64,000 nucleotides of DNA from Ignavibacteriota bacterium (GCA_963801355.1 CAWDEM010000008.1:2624001-2688000), one strand, 5' to 3'; shown: positions 28,501 to 39,255, counted from the stretch's first letter. Numbers and translations are program-made. Notes: generated from the letters alone by a model not told the origin.

Positions 28501-29415
28501 TCAGCTGAACAATCCCTCAATCGAGAGATAGCGCTCGCCGGTATCATAGTTGAACGTCAACACCCTGCTCCCTCCCGGCAACTCCGGGAGTTTTTTTGCC
28601 ACTGCCGCCAGCGAGGCGCCGGTAGAGATGCCTACAAAGATCCCCTCTTCTTTCGCAGCCCGCGTGGCATATGCGAACGCCTCTTCCTTGGTCACCTGAA
28701 TCACGCCGCTGAGGAGGCTGGTATCCATGATGGCGGGCACAAACCCTGCACCAATGCCCTGGAGGGGATGCGGACCGGGAGTACCACCGCTCAGAACCGG
28801 CGAGAGTGCCGGCTCCACCGCAAATGTCAGGAGCTTGGGGAATTTCGCTTTCAGGACCTGGGCCACACCGGTGATGTGGCCGCCTGTTCCCACACCGGTG
28901 ATTAGTGCATCGAAGCCTTCCGGAAAGTCATCAAGGATTTCCTGGGCCGTCGTGCGCCTGTGCACATCGGTGTTCGCCTGGTTTTCAAATTGCTGGGGAA
29001 TCCACGAGTTGGGAATCGACGACGCAAGCTGCCCCGCACGCTCGATCGCACCCTTCATCCCCTTCTCCCGGGGAGTGAGGTCACACTCAGCCCCGTATGC
29101 GGATATCAACCGCCTGCGCTCGATGGACATCGATTCGGGCATCACCAGTATCAACCGGTAACCCTTGACTGCCGCCACCATCGCCAATCCGATGCCTGTG
29201 TTCCCGGAAGTCGGCTCAATGATCACGCTTCCCTTCTTGAGAATCCCCCGCTTTTCTGCATCGTCTATCATCGAAAGAGCAATGCGATCCTTGATACTCC
29301 CGCCCGGATTCGCCCGCTCCAGCTTCATCCACACTTCCGATCCATTCGGGTAGAGACGGTTGATCCTGACGGTGGGAGTGTGGCCGATGGTCTGAAGGAT
29401 ATTGGTGGCTCTCAT
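28501..29415 (-). CDS. cysK: Cysteine synthase A
   Basis: [31 protein letters not shown] and DTGERYLS. Start MRATNIL. Confidence 0.95.
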   Translation of the reverse strand: MRATNILQTIGHTPTVRINRLYPNGSEVWMKLERANPGGSIKDRIALSMIDDAEKRGILKKGSVIIEPTSGNTGIGLAMVAAVKGYRLILVMPESMSIERRRLISAYGAECDLTPREKGMKGAIERAGQLASSIPNSWIPQQFENQANTDVHRRTTAQEILDDFPEGFDALITGVGTGGHITGVAQVLKAKFPKLLTFAVEPALSPVLSGGTPGPHPLQGIGAGFVPAIMDTSLLSGVIQVTKEEAFAYATRAAKEEGIFVGISTGASLAAVAKKLPELPGGSRVLTFNYDTGERYLSIEGLFS

Positions 29416-29618
29416 GCTTACTTCCTCATTTTGCGTGGATGAATTCCATAATATCAACAGCACCGCTCCCGAATCCGTTCCCCCCGCGGGCGGGACTGTA
29501 GCATCTGTCAGGAATCCTTCTAGATTGGGGACATACCCTGTGGAACGGCGTTCCACCTGTGGCGCGCAGCTTCCCCATGCGTTCATCTATGTTCAACCCC
29601 TCGCAAGGACACCTGACC

Positions 29619-31688
29619 ATGCGCTCTTTACTTCTGGCCTTTCTGATACTGCTGACATCCGTATCCGGCATATTTCCCGCCTCCGCCCAAACCCATGTGG
29701 ATTTGACCGGAATATGGGAGCTCCTGCCCGCGCAGAGCTCCGACATCGATCATTTCAGAACACTTACGGTCACCATCCGCGCAAAAGGTGAGCAGCTTAC
29801 CATTATCCACCGCTGGCAGTCACGCCTTGCCGTGGTTGACTCCGTCAGCATCACGCCCGGCGCCCCGCCTGCGAGTATTCCAGCGGCACACTGGGTGTTC
29901 GGCAGCAACATCTTCATGGGGCGGCGATATCCGGAAGGGAGTGCCCGTCAGTACAGTGCCTCGTGGGAGGACGGCGGAAAAGCTCTCGTGGTCCGCGAGA
30001 AATCCCGGCTGCGGGGTTCGCAGGGAGAAGGCGATGTGACCACCGTGCACCGGTACGAATTCGCGGAGGCGAAGGATGTCCTGGCGTACCGCGTCTCGAG
30101 ATCAACAAGAACAACAGGGCCCGAGGTGAAGTACATCCTGAAACGCCAGGGTGCCCGCCATGCATTTGTCGCTCGATTGAGTGACGACTGGACCATTCAG
30201 GGTGGGCTTCCGTCCAATGCGATGATGATCAGTTTGCAGGGACTCGCAAACAAAAAAGACCCTCTTGTCTACCTGCTCTACTCAGCCGACTGGCCTTTTA
30301 CGTATGTGGATTCGGTGCTGGGCTTCTACAAGACCAAACGCTTCTACACATTCACCGAGCTGCGGACCCCTGCCGATGCCGTCAAGCAGCTGGCGCACTA
30401 TGCCAGGGCATATGTTGTCTGGGATACGTCGGTACGCACCTCACTGATCGTGGCGTTCACCGTGGCAGGACTTGAGGATGCCGTGGTTGTCAGCGAAGCG
30501 GAGATCCCGCTGGTCAGAGGAGCCGGTCTCCAGCCGGTGGAGGATTTCAGGGGAAAGTTCACAGGGATGAACGATGCGCAGATCTACACCTGGGCATATC
30601 AACAATACTGGAAACGCTGCAGCAAAGAATACATCATCTGGTTGGGCGGGGAACACGGCAATGTCATGAAACCGGCAGTGGCTGACTATGGCATCGGGAA
30701 GAAAGTGTTTTTCAACGACCTCTCCACGCGCCGGACGGACACCCTGGAGTATGCCCTCTCGCGCACGGTACTTTCAGAAATGAAGCCGATGTCCATGGTG
30801 ATGGGGTGGCACTCGTACAAGAAGGATCTTGAAGAAGAGCATGTGGGCCTGACTTCACAGTTCGGGCACCGCGTGGAAGGACTCAACTCCCTCCCGAACC
30901 TCAGCTTCAGCTCACAGATTCCGGTTTCACCCGGCTTTGTGTTCAAGAACAACCATCATGTCAAGCCCGGCGAAAAGATTCAGCCCAAGGACAAAGTGTA
31001 TATCAGCTGCATCCAGACCGACGGCATGGGACTCGGTGCCTGGGAGAAGCCCGGACGCGGCGAAATCCCCTACGCATGGGAATGCCTGATGAACTACACC
31101 TGGATGGCGCCCGGGATGGCGGAGTACTTCTATTCTACCGCAACACCGAATGATTACCTCATCGGGTGTCTCTCAGGCCCCGGTTACCTGTATCCGAAGG
31201 CCGTGCCGAAAAAATACCTCACTCAGCTGATCGCAATGGCGTGGGACCAGATGAAAGAACTCGACCTGCGGGTGTTCGAGACGATGGACTGGTCGGACGG
31301 CGATGAGGTATCGGGCAACACCGATCTGCCCAAGGACATCATCGACCTCTATTATGACGGCATGCCCGGGGCAATCGGGTTCGTAAACGGATACGGGCCC
31401 GGTTATACGTTCACCGTGCGCGACGGACGGCCGTTTGTCTCGTTTGACTATTATCTCTCGCCAAGGCGTCCGGAAGCGGATGCCGTCGCTGACCTGGAGG
31501 AATTGGCCACGCACAATCCAAAGCGGCCCTACTTTCTCCTGATGCACATCCGGGAATACAGCGATGTCAAGAGAGTGAAGGGAATCCTTGACAGGTTGGG
31601 TCCTGAATTCGAAGTGGTACCACTGGATGTATTTTTGACGATGGCAGGGGCACAACCGACATTCGAGGAACGGACGCTGCAGCGCTGA
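29619..31688 (+). CDS. Secreted GxGYxYP-motif putative glycoside hydrolase
   Basis: Signal peptide MRSLLLAFL, SLQGLAN, MGWH, NLSF and SGPGYLYP. Confidence 0.8.
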   Translation: MRSLLLAFLILLTSVSGIFPASAQTHVDLTGIWELLPAQSSDIDHFRTLTVTIRAKGEQLTIIHRWQSRLAVVDSVSITPGAPPASIPAAHWVFGSNIFMGRRYPEGSARQYSASWEDGGKALVVREKSRLRGSQGEGDVTTVHRYEFAEAKDVLAYRVSRSTRTTGPEVKYILKRQGARHAFVARLSDDWTIQGGLPSNAMMISLQGLANKKDPLVYLLYSADWPFTYVDSVLGFYKTKRFYTFTELRTPADAVKQLAHYARAYVVWDTSVRTSLIVAFTVAGLEDAVVVSEAEIPLVRGAGLQPVEDFRGKFTGMNDAQIYTWAYQQYWKRCSKEYIIWLGGEHGNVMKPAVADYGIGKKVFFNDLSTRRTDTLEYALSRTVLSEMKPMSMVMGWHSYKKDLEEEHVGLTSQFGHRVEGLNSLPNLSFSSQIPVSPGFVFKNNHHVKPGEKIQPKDKVYISCIQTDGMGLGAWEKPGRGEIPYAWECLMNYTWMAPGMAEYFYSTATPNDYLIGCLSGPGYLYPKAVPKKYLTQLIAMAWDQMKELDLRVFETMDWSDGDEVSGNTDLPKDIIDLYYDGMPGAIGFVNGYGPGYTFTVRDGRPFVSFDYYLSPRRPEADAVADLEELATHNPKRPYFLLMHIREYSDVKRVKGILDRLGPEFEVVPLDVFLTMAGAQPTFEERTLQR

Positions 31689-31718
31689 TCACAACCGGCG
31701 CAGGAAATTGAAGAGCCC

Positions 31719-32294
31719 TCAGTCCTGAGAGGAACGTTCGTGTGAGCGCCCGTACCTGTTGTGTGCGCACATTGCGACAACTTCCTTGCGCACCTTGGGA
31801 CGGAGCGGATATCCTTCGGCCGGATAGCCAAGTGTGATCAGCAGACCGACCCTGGTACCCCGGGGGATATCCAGCAACTGCTTGATCACCTTTTCATTGA
31901 ACCAACCGATCATGCAGGTCCCCAGCCCGAGGTCGGCAGCCTGCAGGCAGAAGTGTTCCGCGGCAATGCCGATATCGATAAGCGGGAATTCGCGCTCCTT
32001 CATCCATCCGCCGATCTGCGTGATTGTTCTGGTTTTTTCCACAGTCAGCACGGCAATCACCGGGGCCTGCGGTGCAAACCGGTTGAACGAAATAGCGCTG
32101 CTGTACGTTGCTTGCGCCACCGCCTCACGCACCGGGGGATCGTCGACGATGATGAGCCTCCACGGTTGGGCGTTGCTGGCCGACGGTGCAAGACGCACGG
32201 ACTCTACCAGCAGGTCCAGCTTTTCACACTCCACCGCCCGGTCGGAGTAGCTCCGGACGCTTTGACGGTTTCTCACCAGTTCTGCAAAGTTCAT
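31719..32294 (-). CDS. Nitroreductase family protein
   Basis: RQSVRSY, APSASNAQPW, DIGIA and GLGTCMIGW. Confidence 0.92.
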   Translation of the reverse strand: MNFAELVRNRQSVRSYSDRAVECEKLDLLVESVRLAPSASNAQPWRLIIVDDPPVREAVAQATYSSAISFNRFAPQAPVIAVLTVEKTRTITQIGGWMKEREFPLIDIGIAAEHFCLQAADLGLGTCMIGWFNEKVIKQLLDIPRGTRVGLLITLGYPAEGYPLRPKVRKEVVAMCAHNRYGRSHERSSQD

Positions 32295-32325
32295 GGCCGA
32301 GGTCTCCGTCCCGCTTCTTTCCGCG

Positions 32326-33744
32326 TCATGTGATGATACCGGACCCACCGCCCACCGAGGATGAATTTGCGCCCCGGATATTCCCACGCGTCAGCGACGA
32401 GAACACTCCCCCAACGCACAACACCGAGAAAATCGCGAAGGCAATATTCACACTCAAAAGGAATTGCGGATAGTATTCCGGCGTGATCTGGACCTTCCCC
32501 ACGACAAGCGCGAACACGAGCATGGCAATACCGATGCTCAGGGTCTGCCCGGTCATGCGCATCGTCGCAAGAGTTCCTGCAGCGACGCCATACACCGGCT
32601 TTTCCACCGAACTCATCACGGCATTTGTGTTGGGAGAAGAGAAAAGTGCAAAGCCGAATCCGAGCACAGCAAGAGCCGCGGCGATCGCCCAGAGAGGCGT
32701 CGCCGCCGTGAGAAACGCAAGAAATGCAAGACCGGCTACAATCACACCCATTCCAAGGGAAGCGACGATACGGGGTTCGATGCGGTCCGAGAGTCTTCCC
32801 GCAAACGGCGAGAAGAGTGCCATCATGATAGGTTGTACGACAAGCACCAGACCCGTCTCCTGGGGAGTCATCCCCCGGATATATGCGAGGTACAGACTCA
32901 GCAGGAACGTCACCGCAAACGTCGCACTATAATTGATGAAGGCAGCCAGATTGGAGAAGGCAAACACCCTGTTGTGCAGGAAGAGGTTGATATCCAGCAC
33001 CGGACTCTCCGTGCGCCGTTCCATGCGAACGAACAGGAAGAGCCCGAGGATGCCTGCTGTAATCGTGCCGGCCCCCGCAATGCCCGGGAGGAGAGAGAAT
33101 CCATACATGAGAGCAATGAGAGCAAAGCTGTAGACCATGGACCCGGCCAGGTCGAACCGGGCCCCGCGGGCTTCCGACCACTCGCCCCTCAGCTTCGCAA
33201 GGACAAGAGACACCATCACGAGGCCAAGGGGAACATTCATCCAGAAGATGCTGCGCCATCCAAGCTGCTGCGTCAGGATCCCCCCGATGAAAGGACCGAG
33301 AGAGAGTCCGATGTAGACTGCAGCGGAGTTGATCCCCAGCGCCTTCCCCCGCTCGTTCGCGGGGAACACCGAGGTGAGAATGGCAATGCTCATGCCAAAC
33401 ATCAGTGCGGCGCTGATTCCCTGAAGAACCCGGGCTCCGAGCAGAAATTCGGCACCAGGTGCGACGGCGCAGAGTAATGACGAAACAGTGTACAGCAGAA
33501 TCCCGATCAAAAACATCCGGCGGCGTCCGAGAATATCCGCCAGCCTGCCGAACGGGACAAGAAATACCGACGACGAAAGGAGATACGATGTCGGTACCCA
33601 GCTTAGCAAAACCGCACTCATGGCAAATTCATTTCCGAGGCTCGGCAGGGCTACATTCAGCGACGAGCCCATGAAGGGGGTCAGGAATGATGCAAGAGAG
33701 GCGACAAGGAGAGCGCTTTGTTTGTTTACGGTATCAGAAGACAT
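32326..33744 (-). CDS. MFS transporter, DHA2 (14-TM) family
   Basis: NVALP, GRLADILGRRR, ERGKALG, GWRSIF.MNVP and AGRLSDR. Confidence 0.92.
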   Translation of the reverse strand: MSSDTVNKQSALLVASLASFLTPFMGSSLNVALPSLGNEFAMSAVLLSWVPTSYLLSSSVFLVPFGRLADILGRRRMFLIGILLYTVSSLLCAVAPGAEFLLGARVLQGISAALMFGMSIAILTSVFPANERGKALGINSAAVYIGLSLGPFIGGILTQQLGWRSIFWMNVPLGLVMVSLVLAKLRGEWSEARGARFDLAGSMVYSFALIALMYGFSLLPGIAGAGTITAGILGLFLFVRMERRTESPVLDINLFLHNRVFAFSNLAAFINYSATFAVTFLLSLYLAYIRGMTPQETGLVLVVQPIMMALFSPFAGRLSDRIEPRIVASLGMGVIVAGLAFLAFLTAATPLWAIAAALAVLGFGFALFSSPNTNAVMSSVEKPVYGVAAGTLATMRMTGQTLSIGIAMLVFALVVGKVQITPEYYPQFLLSVNIAFAIFSVLCVGGVFSSLTRGNIRGANSSSVGGGSGIIT

Positions 33745-33815
33745 GATTCGCCGTTTGATGACGCAGGACTCTCTTGCCCACCAGGTGGGCGGAAAATACG
33801 GAGAGCAGACGGCCG

Positions 33816-34463
33816 CTACTTCAGTCCTGAAAGTCCTTCAATAACCTCGTCTCTCGGAAGATCTCCGGCGGCAAGCTCTTCGTCGGATTTCTTGAGGAGA
33901 CGCCGGTAGAACTGCACGCCTTCCTGCGCAAAAGCCGGCTCTGAGTCCAGAATAACGTAGAGTGCATCTTCGGCCTTTGCGTAGCGGTGCAGAGTTTCCT
34001 GGTACCTGAAGATCTTCTTGAGAAGCCCGGCCGGGAGCGAAGCCTGGCCGAGCTTCTCAAGGAGTTCGTCAATGTGCTCGAGATGCCGGGCTTCGACGGG
34101 GTCGTCATAGAGGAGATACGTCGCGATGAGCAGTTCCAGAGACTTCAGAAAGAGCGTGCCGGCGCGAGCGTCATCGGACATCAACGCGTAGATCTCCGCT
34201 TCCTCCTTCAAGAGCTCTCCCAGGACATAGGACTTGGGGACAGCCACGGAGAGATCTCCCCCGAAGAGCTGCATCAACTGGTCGGCGGAGAAAGAGTCGA
34301 CCAGTGTTCTGTCCATACCAAGAAGTGTCTTCCCCGTGGTCTGGAGTTCCAGCAGGGCCTGCGGATACTCCTTGTTGACTTTCAAGGCCAGAACGCGGGC
34401 AATCGCTGCCACAAGCAAATTGATCATCCGCATCAGATAGTCGCGTTCGATCATCGGGGACAT
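33816..34463 (-). CDS. DUF6483-like alpha-helical protein
   Basis: N-terminal ERDYLMRMI and C-terminal YAKAED..FYRRLL..SDEEL..GDLPRDEV..G. Confidence 0.7.
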   Translation of the reverse strand: MSPMIERDYLMRMINLLVAAIARVLALKVNKEYPQALLELQTTGKTLLGMDRTLVDSFSADQLMQLFGGDLSVAVPKSYVLGELLKEEAEIYALMSDDARAGTLFLKSLELLIATYLLYDDPVEARHLEHIDELLEKLGQASLPAGLLKKIFRYQETLHRYAKAEDALYVILDSEPAFAQEGVQFYRRLLKKSDEELAAGDLPRDEVIEGLSGLK

Positions 34464-34466
34464 CCC

Positions 34467-35306
34467 TCAGCGCGTCATGGCCTGCGCCTTTTCCAGGATA
34501 CCTGGACGCGCGGATTCCATCATGTCGCGAATATCTTCGTACCGCATCGTCCGCTGCTCGAACGTGCGTTTGTTAAGAGCACCCAGGAATCGTCCCTCGA
34601 ATTCACGGAAGTACGAGCCGTAGATGTGATAACTGTCGGCAATGTGACAGTACCTTCCCGGGACCACCGGTTCTCCGGTTTTGCTCACAATGCCTTCCGC
34701 GATCTTCTTCTGCAACTGCACGAGGGCAAAGATATTCATGAACGCGGCTTTGTAGGCATCGTTGGAGCGGAATCGTACGTTCATGCTCAGGATCTTCTTC
34801 CCCTCCTCCTCGGTGATCCGGCACCAGATGCTTTGCAGGCATGGAGGATCGTAGCACTCGTTGTCTTCCCATACCTTCCAGGTGATGGCCTGCGCCCGGC
34901 GTGAATAGGGCGTTGCGGCAAGTTTCTGGCAGATCGTCTCAATCTGGTCCGAGGGCGGAATTCCGGGGGAAGTATACTTGAAAAGGCGTTGATGGTAGGT
35001 ATACTCCCACCGCGTGTCTTCCGGATCGTCAGGCCTGCGAACGAGATGATCCTTGATGCCTTCACACACCTCCATCGTGTACTCCTGCAGGTCTTCGGGG
35101 CCACCCGGAAAATCCATATGAATCATCGGCTCTGCAAGCGGATTGTGAATCGTGATCAGCATGGTGGCGTCGATACTCGGAGGGTCATCCGCCTTGTCAT
35201 ATTGCGTCTTGATGCGGCAACCTTGTTTGTGGAGCTCGATCAGAGAATTCTCCCACGCTCTGGCAATACAGTTGCCTTCGACATGCAGGACCGGAATTCC
35301 GTTCAT
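34467..35306 (-). CDS. thyA: Thymidylate synthase, short archaeal-like type
   Basis: YTYHQRL, SRRAQ, DPPCLQ (catalytic Cys), FRSND..AFMN and SYHIY. Alternative start at 35330. Confidence 0.82.
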   Translation of the reverse strand: MNGIPVLHVEGNCIARAWENSLIELHKQGCRIKTQYDKADDPPSIDATMLITIHNPLAEPMIHMDFPGGPEDLQEYTMEVCEGIKDHLVRRPDDPEDTRWEYTYHQRLFKYTSPGIPPSDQIETICQKLAATPYSRRAQAITWKVWEDNECYDPPCLQSIWCRITEEEGKKILSMNVRFRSNDAYKAAFMNIFALVQLQKKIAEGIVSKTGEPVVPGRYCHIADSYHIYGSYFREFEGRFLGALNKRTFEQRTMRYEDIRDMMESARPGILEKAQAMTR

Positions 35307-35326
35307 CGTGGTGATCTTTCGAATTG

Positions 35327-36262
35327 TCACTTGCCTTGCTGGTCGGCATTGAGTGCTGCATTTGTTTTCATCAGCTTCTGAACAACTTCCTGGTAATAGG
35401 GCTTTTCCTTGAGACTGGCATACGAACCCGGGAAGAACGCAACAGTGATGTCGGCACTGTTGTCCTCGAAGGCGTTCAGCACGAGTGAGCAGCGCTGGTC
35501 GTGATCCAGGCGCGTGTTGTCAATCATCGGGAAGTCAAAGAACCCCACCCAGAACTCTGCGCTGTTGGTCTCGAAGTTCCCGAGGGAATCTCTTGGCGTT
35601 CGTACTTCAAGCCGGAACTTCAGTTCCTTTCTTGCCGGATCCGCCTTCTGAACAACGATGGAGAAATTGCGCGTGATGCCTTCGAGCGTGAGTGTTCCCT
35701 CATCCAGCGAGATGCCCCCGGGATTTCTGGTCAGCGAATCCAGGTCGACGAACCGGTCGAACTTCGAACCCGCCCCTTCGAGAACCAGCATTTGCTTCCG
35801 GGTAATCTCAGTGGCAACTCTGTGGAGCCGGTCGGTGAGTTCTTTTTTCGCCGGTCCTTGCGCCGCCTGAACCTGCTTGTCGATGTAGATGAAGAGGGGC
35901 TTGAGGTTAAGGGATTCATGGAAATTGTAAGAGAGAAGCTCCAGATTGAGCACCTTCTCGTCGAGTGAACCCGAACCGGGTTTCAAGAACGTCTGAATCA
36001 TGGAGACAAACATGTCTTTACGGAGCGCGCTTTCAGCTTCTTCGCGGCGGCTCATAAGCTCGGTGTAGATTCTGATATTAGCTTCATTGGCCTGCATCCG
36101 CTCACGCAATGCCGCTTCGGTACTCTCTCTGTCCTTGAGGTAGTTGGAACCGATGAACCCCAGGATTGTCACGGTGACCGCGGTCATTAATCCACCCCCC
36201 GATTGGAGGAGGACGGCCAGTTTGTCCCAGCCATCCCGTTTTTTGTCCTGCTCCATGTTCAT
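35327..36262 (-). CDS. Hypothetical protein with N-terminal TM helix and coiled coil
   Basis: 311-aa ORF overlapping its neighbours in operon fashion; WDK followed by a hydrophobic segment. No family recognised. Confidence 0.75.
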   Translation of the reverse strand: MNMEQDKKRDGWDKLAVLLQSGGGLMTAVTVTILGFIGSNYLKDRESTEAALRERMQANEANIRIYTELMSRREEAESALRKDMFVSMIQTFLKPGSGSLDEKVLNLELLSYNFHESLNLKPLFIYIDKQVQAAQGPAKKELTDRLHRVATEITRKQMLVLEGAGSKFDRFVDLDSLTRNPGGISLDEGTLTLEGITRNFSIVVQKADPARKELKFRLEVRTPRDSLGNFETNSAEFWVGFFDFPMIDNTRLDHDQRCSLVLNAFEDNSADITVAFFPGSYASLKEKPYYQEVVQKLMKTNAALNADQQGK

Positions 36263-36588
36263 TTCCTCCGTAGCTGCGACTTGTCGTTCTGAACCTCCAG
36301 AATCCAGTCATAGCGTGTAGATCTGTCGTACGAAAAGAGGTCAGCCGATGCAGTCCGGTCCTTCAGGTGCACGGTGAGCACGCACTTCCCCTTTTCTTTG
36401 ACGAAGATGCGGTAGGACCCGAATTTGTCTGTTTCGGCCGCATAGATCTTACCAGAGGCTTCGATCGTCACCTTCGCGCCCGCCGCGATCGGCCTGGTCC
36501 CATCGGTGATCGTCCCGTAGAGTTCACCGGCCGAAGTAACGACGGCGAAGAACGGGAGAACGAGTAAGGTCAGGAAGAATGAACGCAT
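36259..36588 (-). CDS. Small secreted beta-sandwich protein (carboxypeptidase regulatory-like)
   Basis: Signal peptide, G.ITDG..PI.GA.V and TDKFGSYRI; AAGGA RBS. Confidence 0.72.
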   Translation of the reverse strand: MRSFFLTLLVLPFFAVVTSAGELYGTITDGTRPIAAGAKVTIEASGKIYAAETDKFGSYRIFVKEKGKCVLTVHLKDRTASADLFSYDRSTRYDWILEVQNDKSQLRRK

Positions 36589-36739
36589 GGTGATCCTTAT
36601 CTGTTGAACGCGCAGGAAATGTCGGCCGGAATTGCCACACTAATCTACAGCACAGAGGAGAGAGAAGCAACGTGTCGAATTGCCTCTCAGGCCGATAATC
36701 ATTAGTTTCCTGCGTGTACTGCCATGCAAGGGGCTCAAC

Positions 36740-37405
36740 ATGTCAACGAATCGGGAAAGAAGTCTGATCATCTCGTATTTGGCGATGCGGAGATTGATTG
36801 GCATCCTGGGAATATCGCTGCCGTTTGTCGTTGTCCTCGGAGGATTTGCACACGGTGAATCCGGTGTACAAGGGTCAATAAGCGGCTACTATTACACGCA
36901 TATGCGTGACTTCCTTGTCGGCATATCAAGCGGCGTTGCGCTATTTCTCATGTCGTACAAAGGCTATGAAAGAATCGACGACTTTGTGGCAAAGCTGTGC
37001 GGGATCTTTGCAGTGGGTATGGTTCTCTTTCCTACGGCCATGTATTCCGGCAAGACAGTCAGAGTCGGCATGTTTTTCATCAATGACGATATTTCCGGAA
37101 TAATACATCTGGCGTTCAGTGCGCTCTTCTTCCTTGCGTTGTCGTTCAACTCATTATTCCTCTTTACCAGGCGGCACCCGGGAGTCATGGGCAAGGAAAA
37201 AAAACGAAGGAATGTAGTCTATCGTCTCTGTGGCATTGTGATGATCGTTGCGATTGTCTCCATAGCCATTTATACGCTCTTCCTGCGTGATACGTTTCTT
37301 GCAGCGGTGAATCCGGTCCTGATACTCGAGTCTGTTGCTTTAATAGCGTTCGGGATCTCGTGGTGGGTGAAGGGAAACACATTGTTCAAAGACAAGTGGA
37401 ATTGA
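36740..37405 (+). CDS. Integral membrane protein (DUF998-like)
   Basis: About 6 TM segments; ISYL.MRRLIG.LG, SISGYYY, YKGY, conserved H and FGISW.VKG. Confidence 0.75.
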   Translation: MSTNRERSLIISYLAMRRLIGILGISLPFVVVLGGFAHGESGVQGSISGYYYTHMRDFLVGISSGVALFLMSYKGYERIDDFVAKLCGIFAVGMVLFPTAMYSGKTVRVGMFFINDDISGIIHLAFSALFFLALSFNSLFLFTRRHPGVMGKEKKRRNVVYRLCGIVMIVAIVSIAIYTLFLRDTFLAAVNPVLILESVALIAFGISWWVKGNTLFKDKWN

Positions 37406-37408
37406 AAT

Positions 37409-38167
37409 CTACGACCGTCGAAATATGAATGCATGGTTCTCAAATGCCGGCAAATCCAGAAATTTACCATAGTTTCTAACGAAGACCTCCTTGTACCCCA
37501 ATCTTGTCATCGTCGTGCGGAGTGCCGTGTCTGTTATGCCCCATTGAAACACGTTATGGATGTCGCCCCATGGTTTGTGATATTGTGGGTGCAGTTCGGT
37601 CTTGTGTTCATAGATGTACTTGTACGTGTCGTATCGCAGATTCGAAACCAGTTCAATGCATCTGTCGAGGGGGAGGTCAGTCAATCTCACCGCATCTTCA
37701 CCTTGAATCAATTGCTGATTGTAGATGACAAAACAGGGTGAGAACTCTGCATACATCCCCAACACTTCATCCCAGTTCGGATTTGCCTGGTGGAGAAGGA
37801 CATCAAAGAAATACACGACATCAATCCGACCCACCACGCTCGCAGTTTCTGTAAGACTGAAATCCCCCTCAACAACCGACAAACCAGGGTACCGCCGCAG
37901 ACGCGCCTTCAGTCCTTCCGGGTAGTTCGTATCGACGAGAACACCCCGTTCGACCCCGGATCGTTTCATCGTGTGACGAGAATATGCCGCATTGACCTTC
38001 CAGACACCGCCGAGGTCTGCAAACGATTTTGCTTCCGGGAAGACGTGCCCGAATGTGAAGTCGATGAGTCGGAGTTTATCCCTGTTGACGTAGAGGTTGT
38101 ACCCTTGCCACAGATTGGGAATGTTGCGGACTACCTTCGTGACTCGGCGAACTGTCTTCGACATCAT
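37409..38167 (-). CDS. Putative class I SAM-dependent methyltransferase-like protein
   Basis: SFADLGG motif-I-like, VLVD, GDF and FDVLLH. Appears more AT-rich than the flanks. Confidence 0.6.
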   Translation of the reverse strand: MMSKTVRRVTKVVRNIPNLWQGYNLYVNRDKLRLIDFTFGHVFPEAKSFADLGGVWKVNAAYSRHTMKRSGVERGVLVDTNYPEGLKARLRRYPGLSVVEGDFSLTETASVVGRIDVVYFFDVLLHQANPNWDEVLGMYAEFSPCFVIYNQQLIQGEDAVRLTDLPLDRCIELVSNLRYDTYKYIYEHKTELHPQYHKPWGDIHNVFQWGITDTALRTTMTRLGYKEVFVRNYGKFLDLPAFENHAFIFRRS

Positions 38168-38448
38168 TTGGCCTAATGTGCACTGTGTGCGTCGTTGCAC
38201 AAATCTACGCAGAACAGTGCAAACAAACCAATAGAGGAAACACAGTGAGAATGGGCTGATACCCTTCTCAGCCTCACCCTTCTTGCATCTACACACGCTC
38301 GCCTGAAGTCGTAGGACTCTGTGACCAGCCGCTACATCTCCAGAGAAGAGTCATCGGATGACCAGGAGCTTGCGCGACTGGACGAAGACACCTCACAGCA
38401 GTTGTGGTTCGATAGATGATCGCTTGGTCTGGCACTTTTGTCATTTGC

Positions 38449-38907
38449 TCAGTGAGCAGATGTGTCCGCCGAAGCTAGGAAATGCCGCCTCAGGTTGTTA
38501 AGCGACCTTTCAAGAATTCTCTCCCATTGACGCCTCGCAAACAAAGAATCAACCAGATAGCCCAGCACTGGAATTGGCAGTCGGTATTCCATAGCGTACG
38601 TGAATTTCGTGCTATCACCCATTGGTTCAAATGTCCAATGAGTTCGATGGGCCAGCCCTCTGGTGGCAACACCTGTCCAACCTCTGTTGTGGACATAATC
38701 GTGAATCTCAGTTTCGACAGGGGCAGGGAGACCCATGACACGAGCCTTGTAGGCGTACCGCGCACCGTTACCCCGAGTGATCGCCGTAGTCGCTTTGAAA
38801 TCTGATACACCCTCGAACCATTCAGTCCATTTAGCGAAGTCAGCGGCATAGCCGAATACTTGATCCACTGGTGCGGAAATGATGACGCTATGTTCGATGC
38901 GAGTCAT
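38449..38907 (-). CDS. SRPBCC/polyketide cyclase family protein, copy 1
   Basis: IEHSVIISAPVDQVF..W.EW; GGAGGG RBS. Confidence 0.88.
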   Translation of the reverse strand: MTRIEHSVIISAPVDQVFGYAADFAKWTEWFEGVSDFKATTAITRGNGARYAYKARVMGLPAPVETEIHDYVHNRGWTGVATRGLAHRTHWTFEPMGDSTKFTYAMEYRLPIPVLGYLVDSLFARRQWERILERSLNNLRRHFLASADTSAH

Positions 38908-39113
38908 ACGTTCACCCTCCGAGAGAATAATCAGTGGCCGAGAAAGTCCCTGACTGCCGAAGAGCTCCTGCGTGACAACTTCCGCCTTCGATTTCCTTCG
39001 GATCGGCGCGCACATATGAAGCGATTGGCGCTCTGAGGCCCAGATATCGCGTGAGACTCAGAAACTAACCAGGACGCTGTCCATTGCGCGAACGCGGTTG
39101 AGTTGATATAAGA

Positions 39114-39139
39114 GGGGCCGGTGATGAATACCGAACCCC
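39114..39139 (-). terminator. Terminator-like hairpin of repeated module T, copy 1
   Basis: Minus strand GGGGTTCGGT-ATTCATC-ACCGGCCCC followed by TCTTAT. Homologues at 42274 and 45856. Confidence 0.6.
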
Positions 39140-39196
39140 TTTTGTTTACCCAATATGAGAGGTGGGTTTGACTTTTCCCCGCCACACGGTTCCCGG

Positions 39197-39243
39197 TCAC
39201 GCGGGCTTGGGACCGGAGGCAGGCACTTTCTTCAACACTGCGG
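39197..39243 (-). pseudogene. 3' remnant (about 15 codons) of a paralogue of the 45941-46375 membrane protein gene
   Basis: Encodes AVLKKVPASGPKPA*, identical to the C-terminus of 45941-46375. Confidence 0.85.
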
Positions 39244-39255
39244 TGAACCCCCGCT

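Larger units (their letters stand above)
38402..39243. repeat. Direct repeat copy 1 (842 bp); partner at 45146-45987
   Basis: Near-identical by eye, from ttgtgg(t/c)tcgat to ttcaacac(t/a)gcgg. Contains the SRPBCC gene, a terminator module and the 3' end of a membrane-protein gene. Confidence 0.95.

Noticed and set aside
29416-29618. SAM riboswitch upstream of cysK
   Set aside because: SAM-I core sequences not found; only a short GTGGAAC-GGC-GTTCCAC inverted repeat near 29540-29556, of unclear meaning.
38402-39243. SRPBCC duplication as a DGR TR/VR pair or composite transposon ends
   Set aside because: Differences are not adenine-specific, and there is no transposase or terminal inverted repeat.
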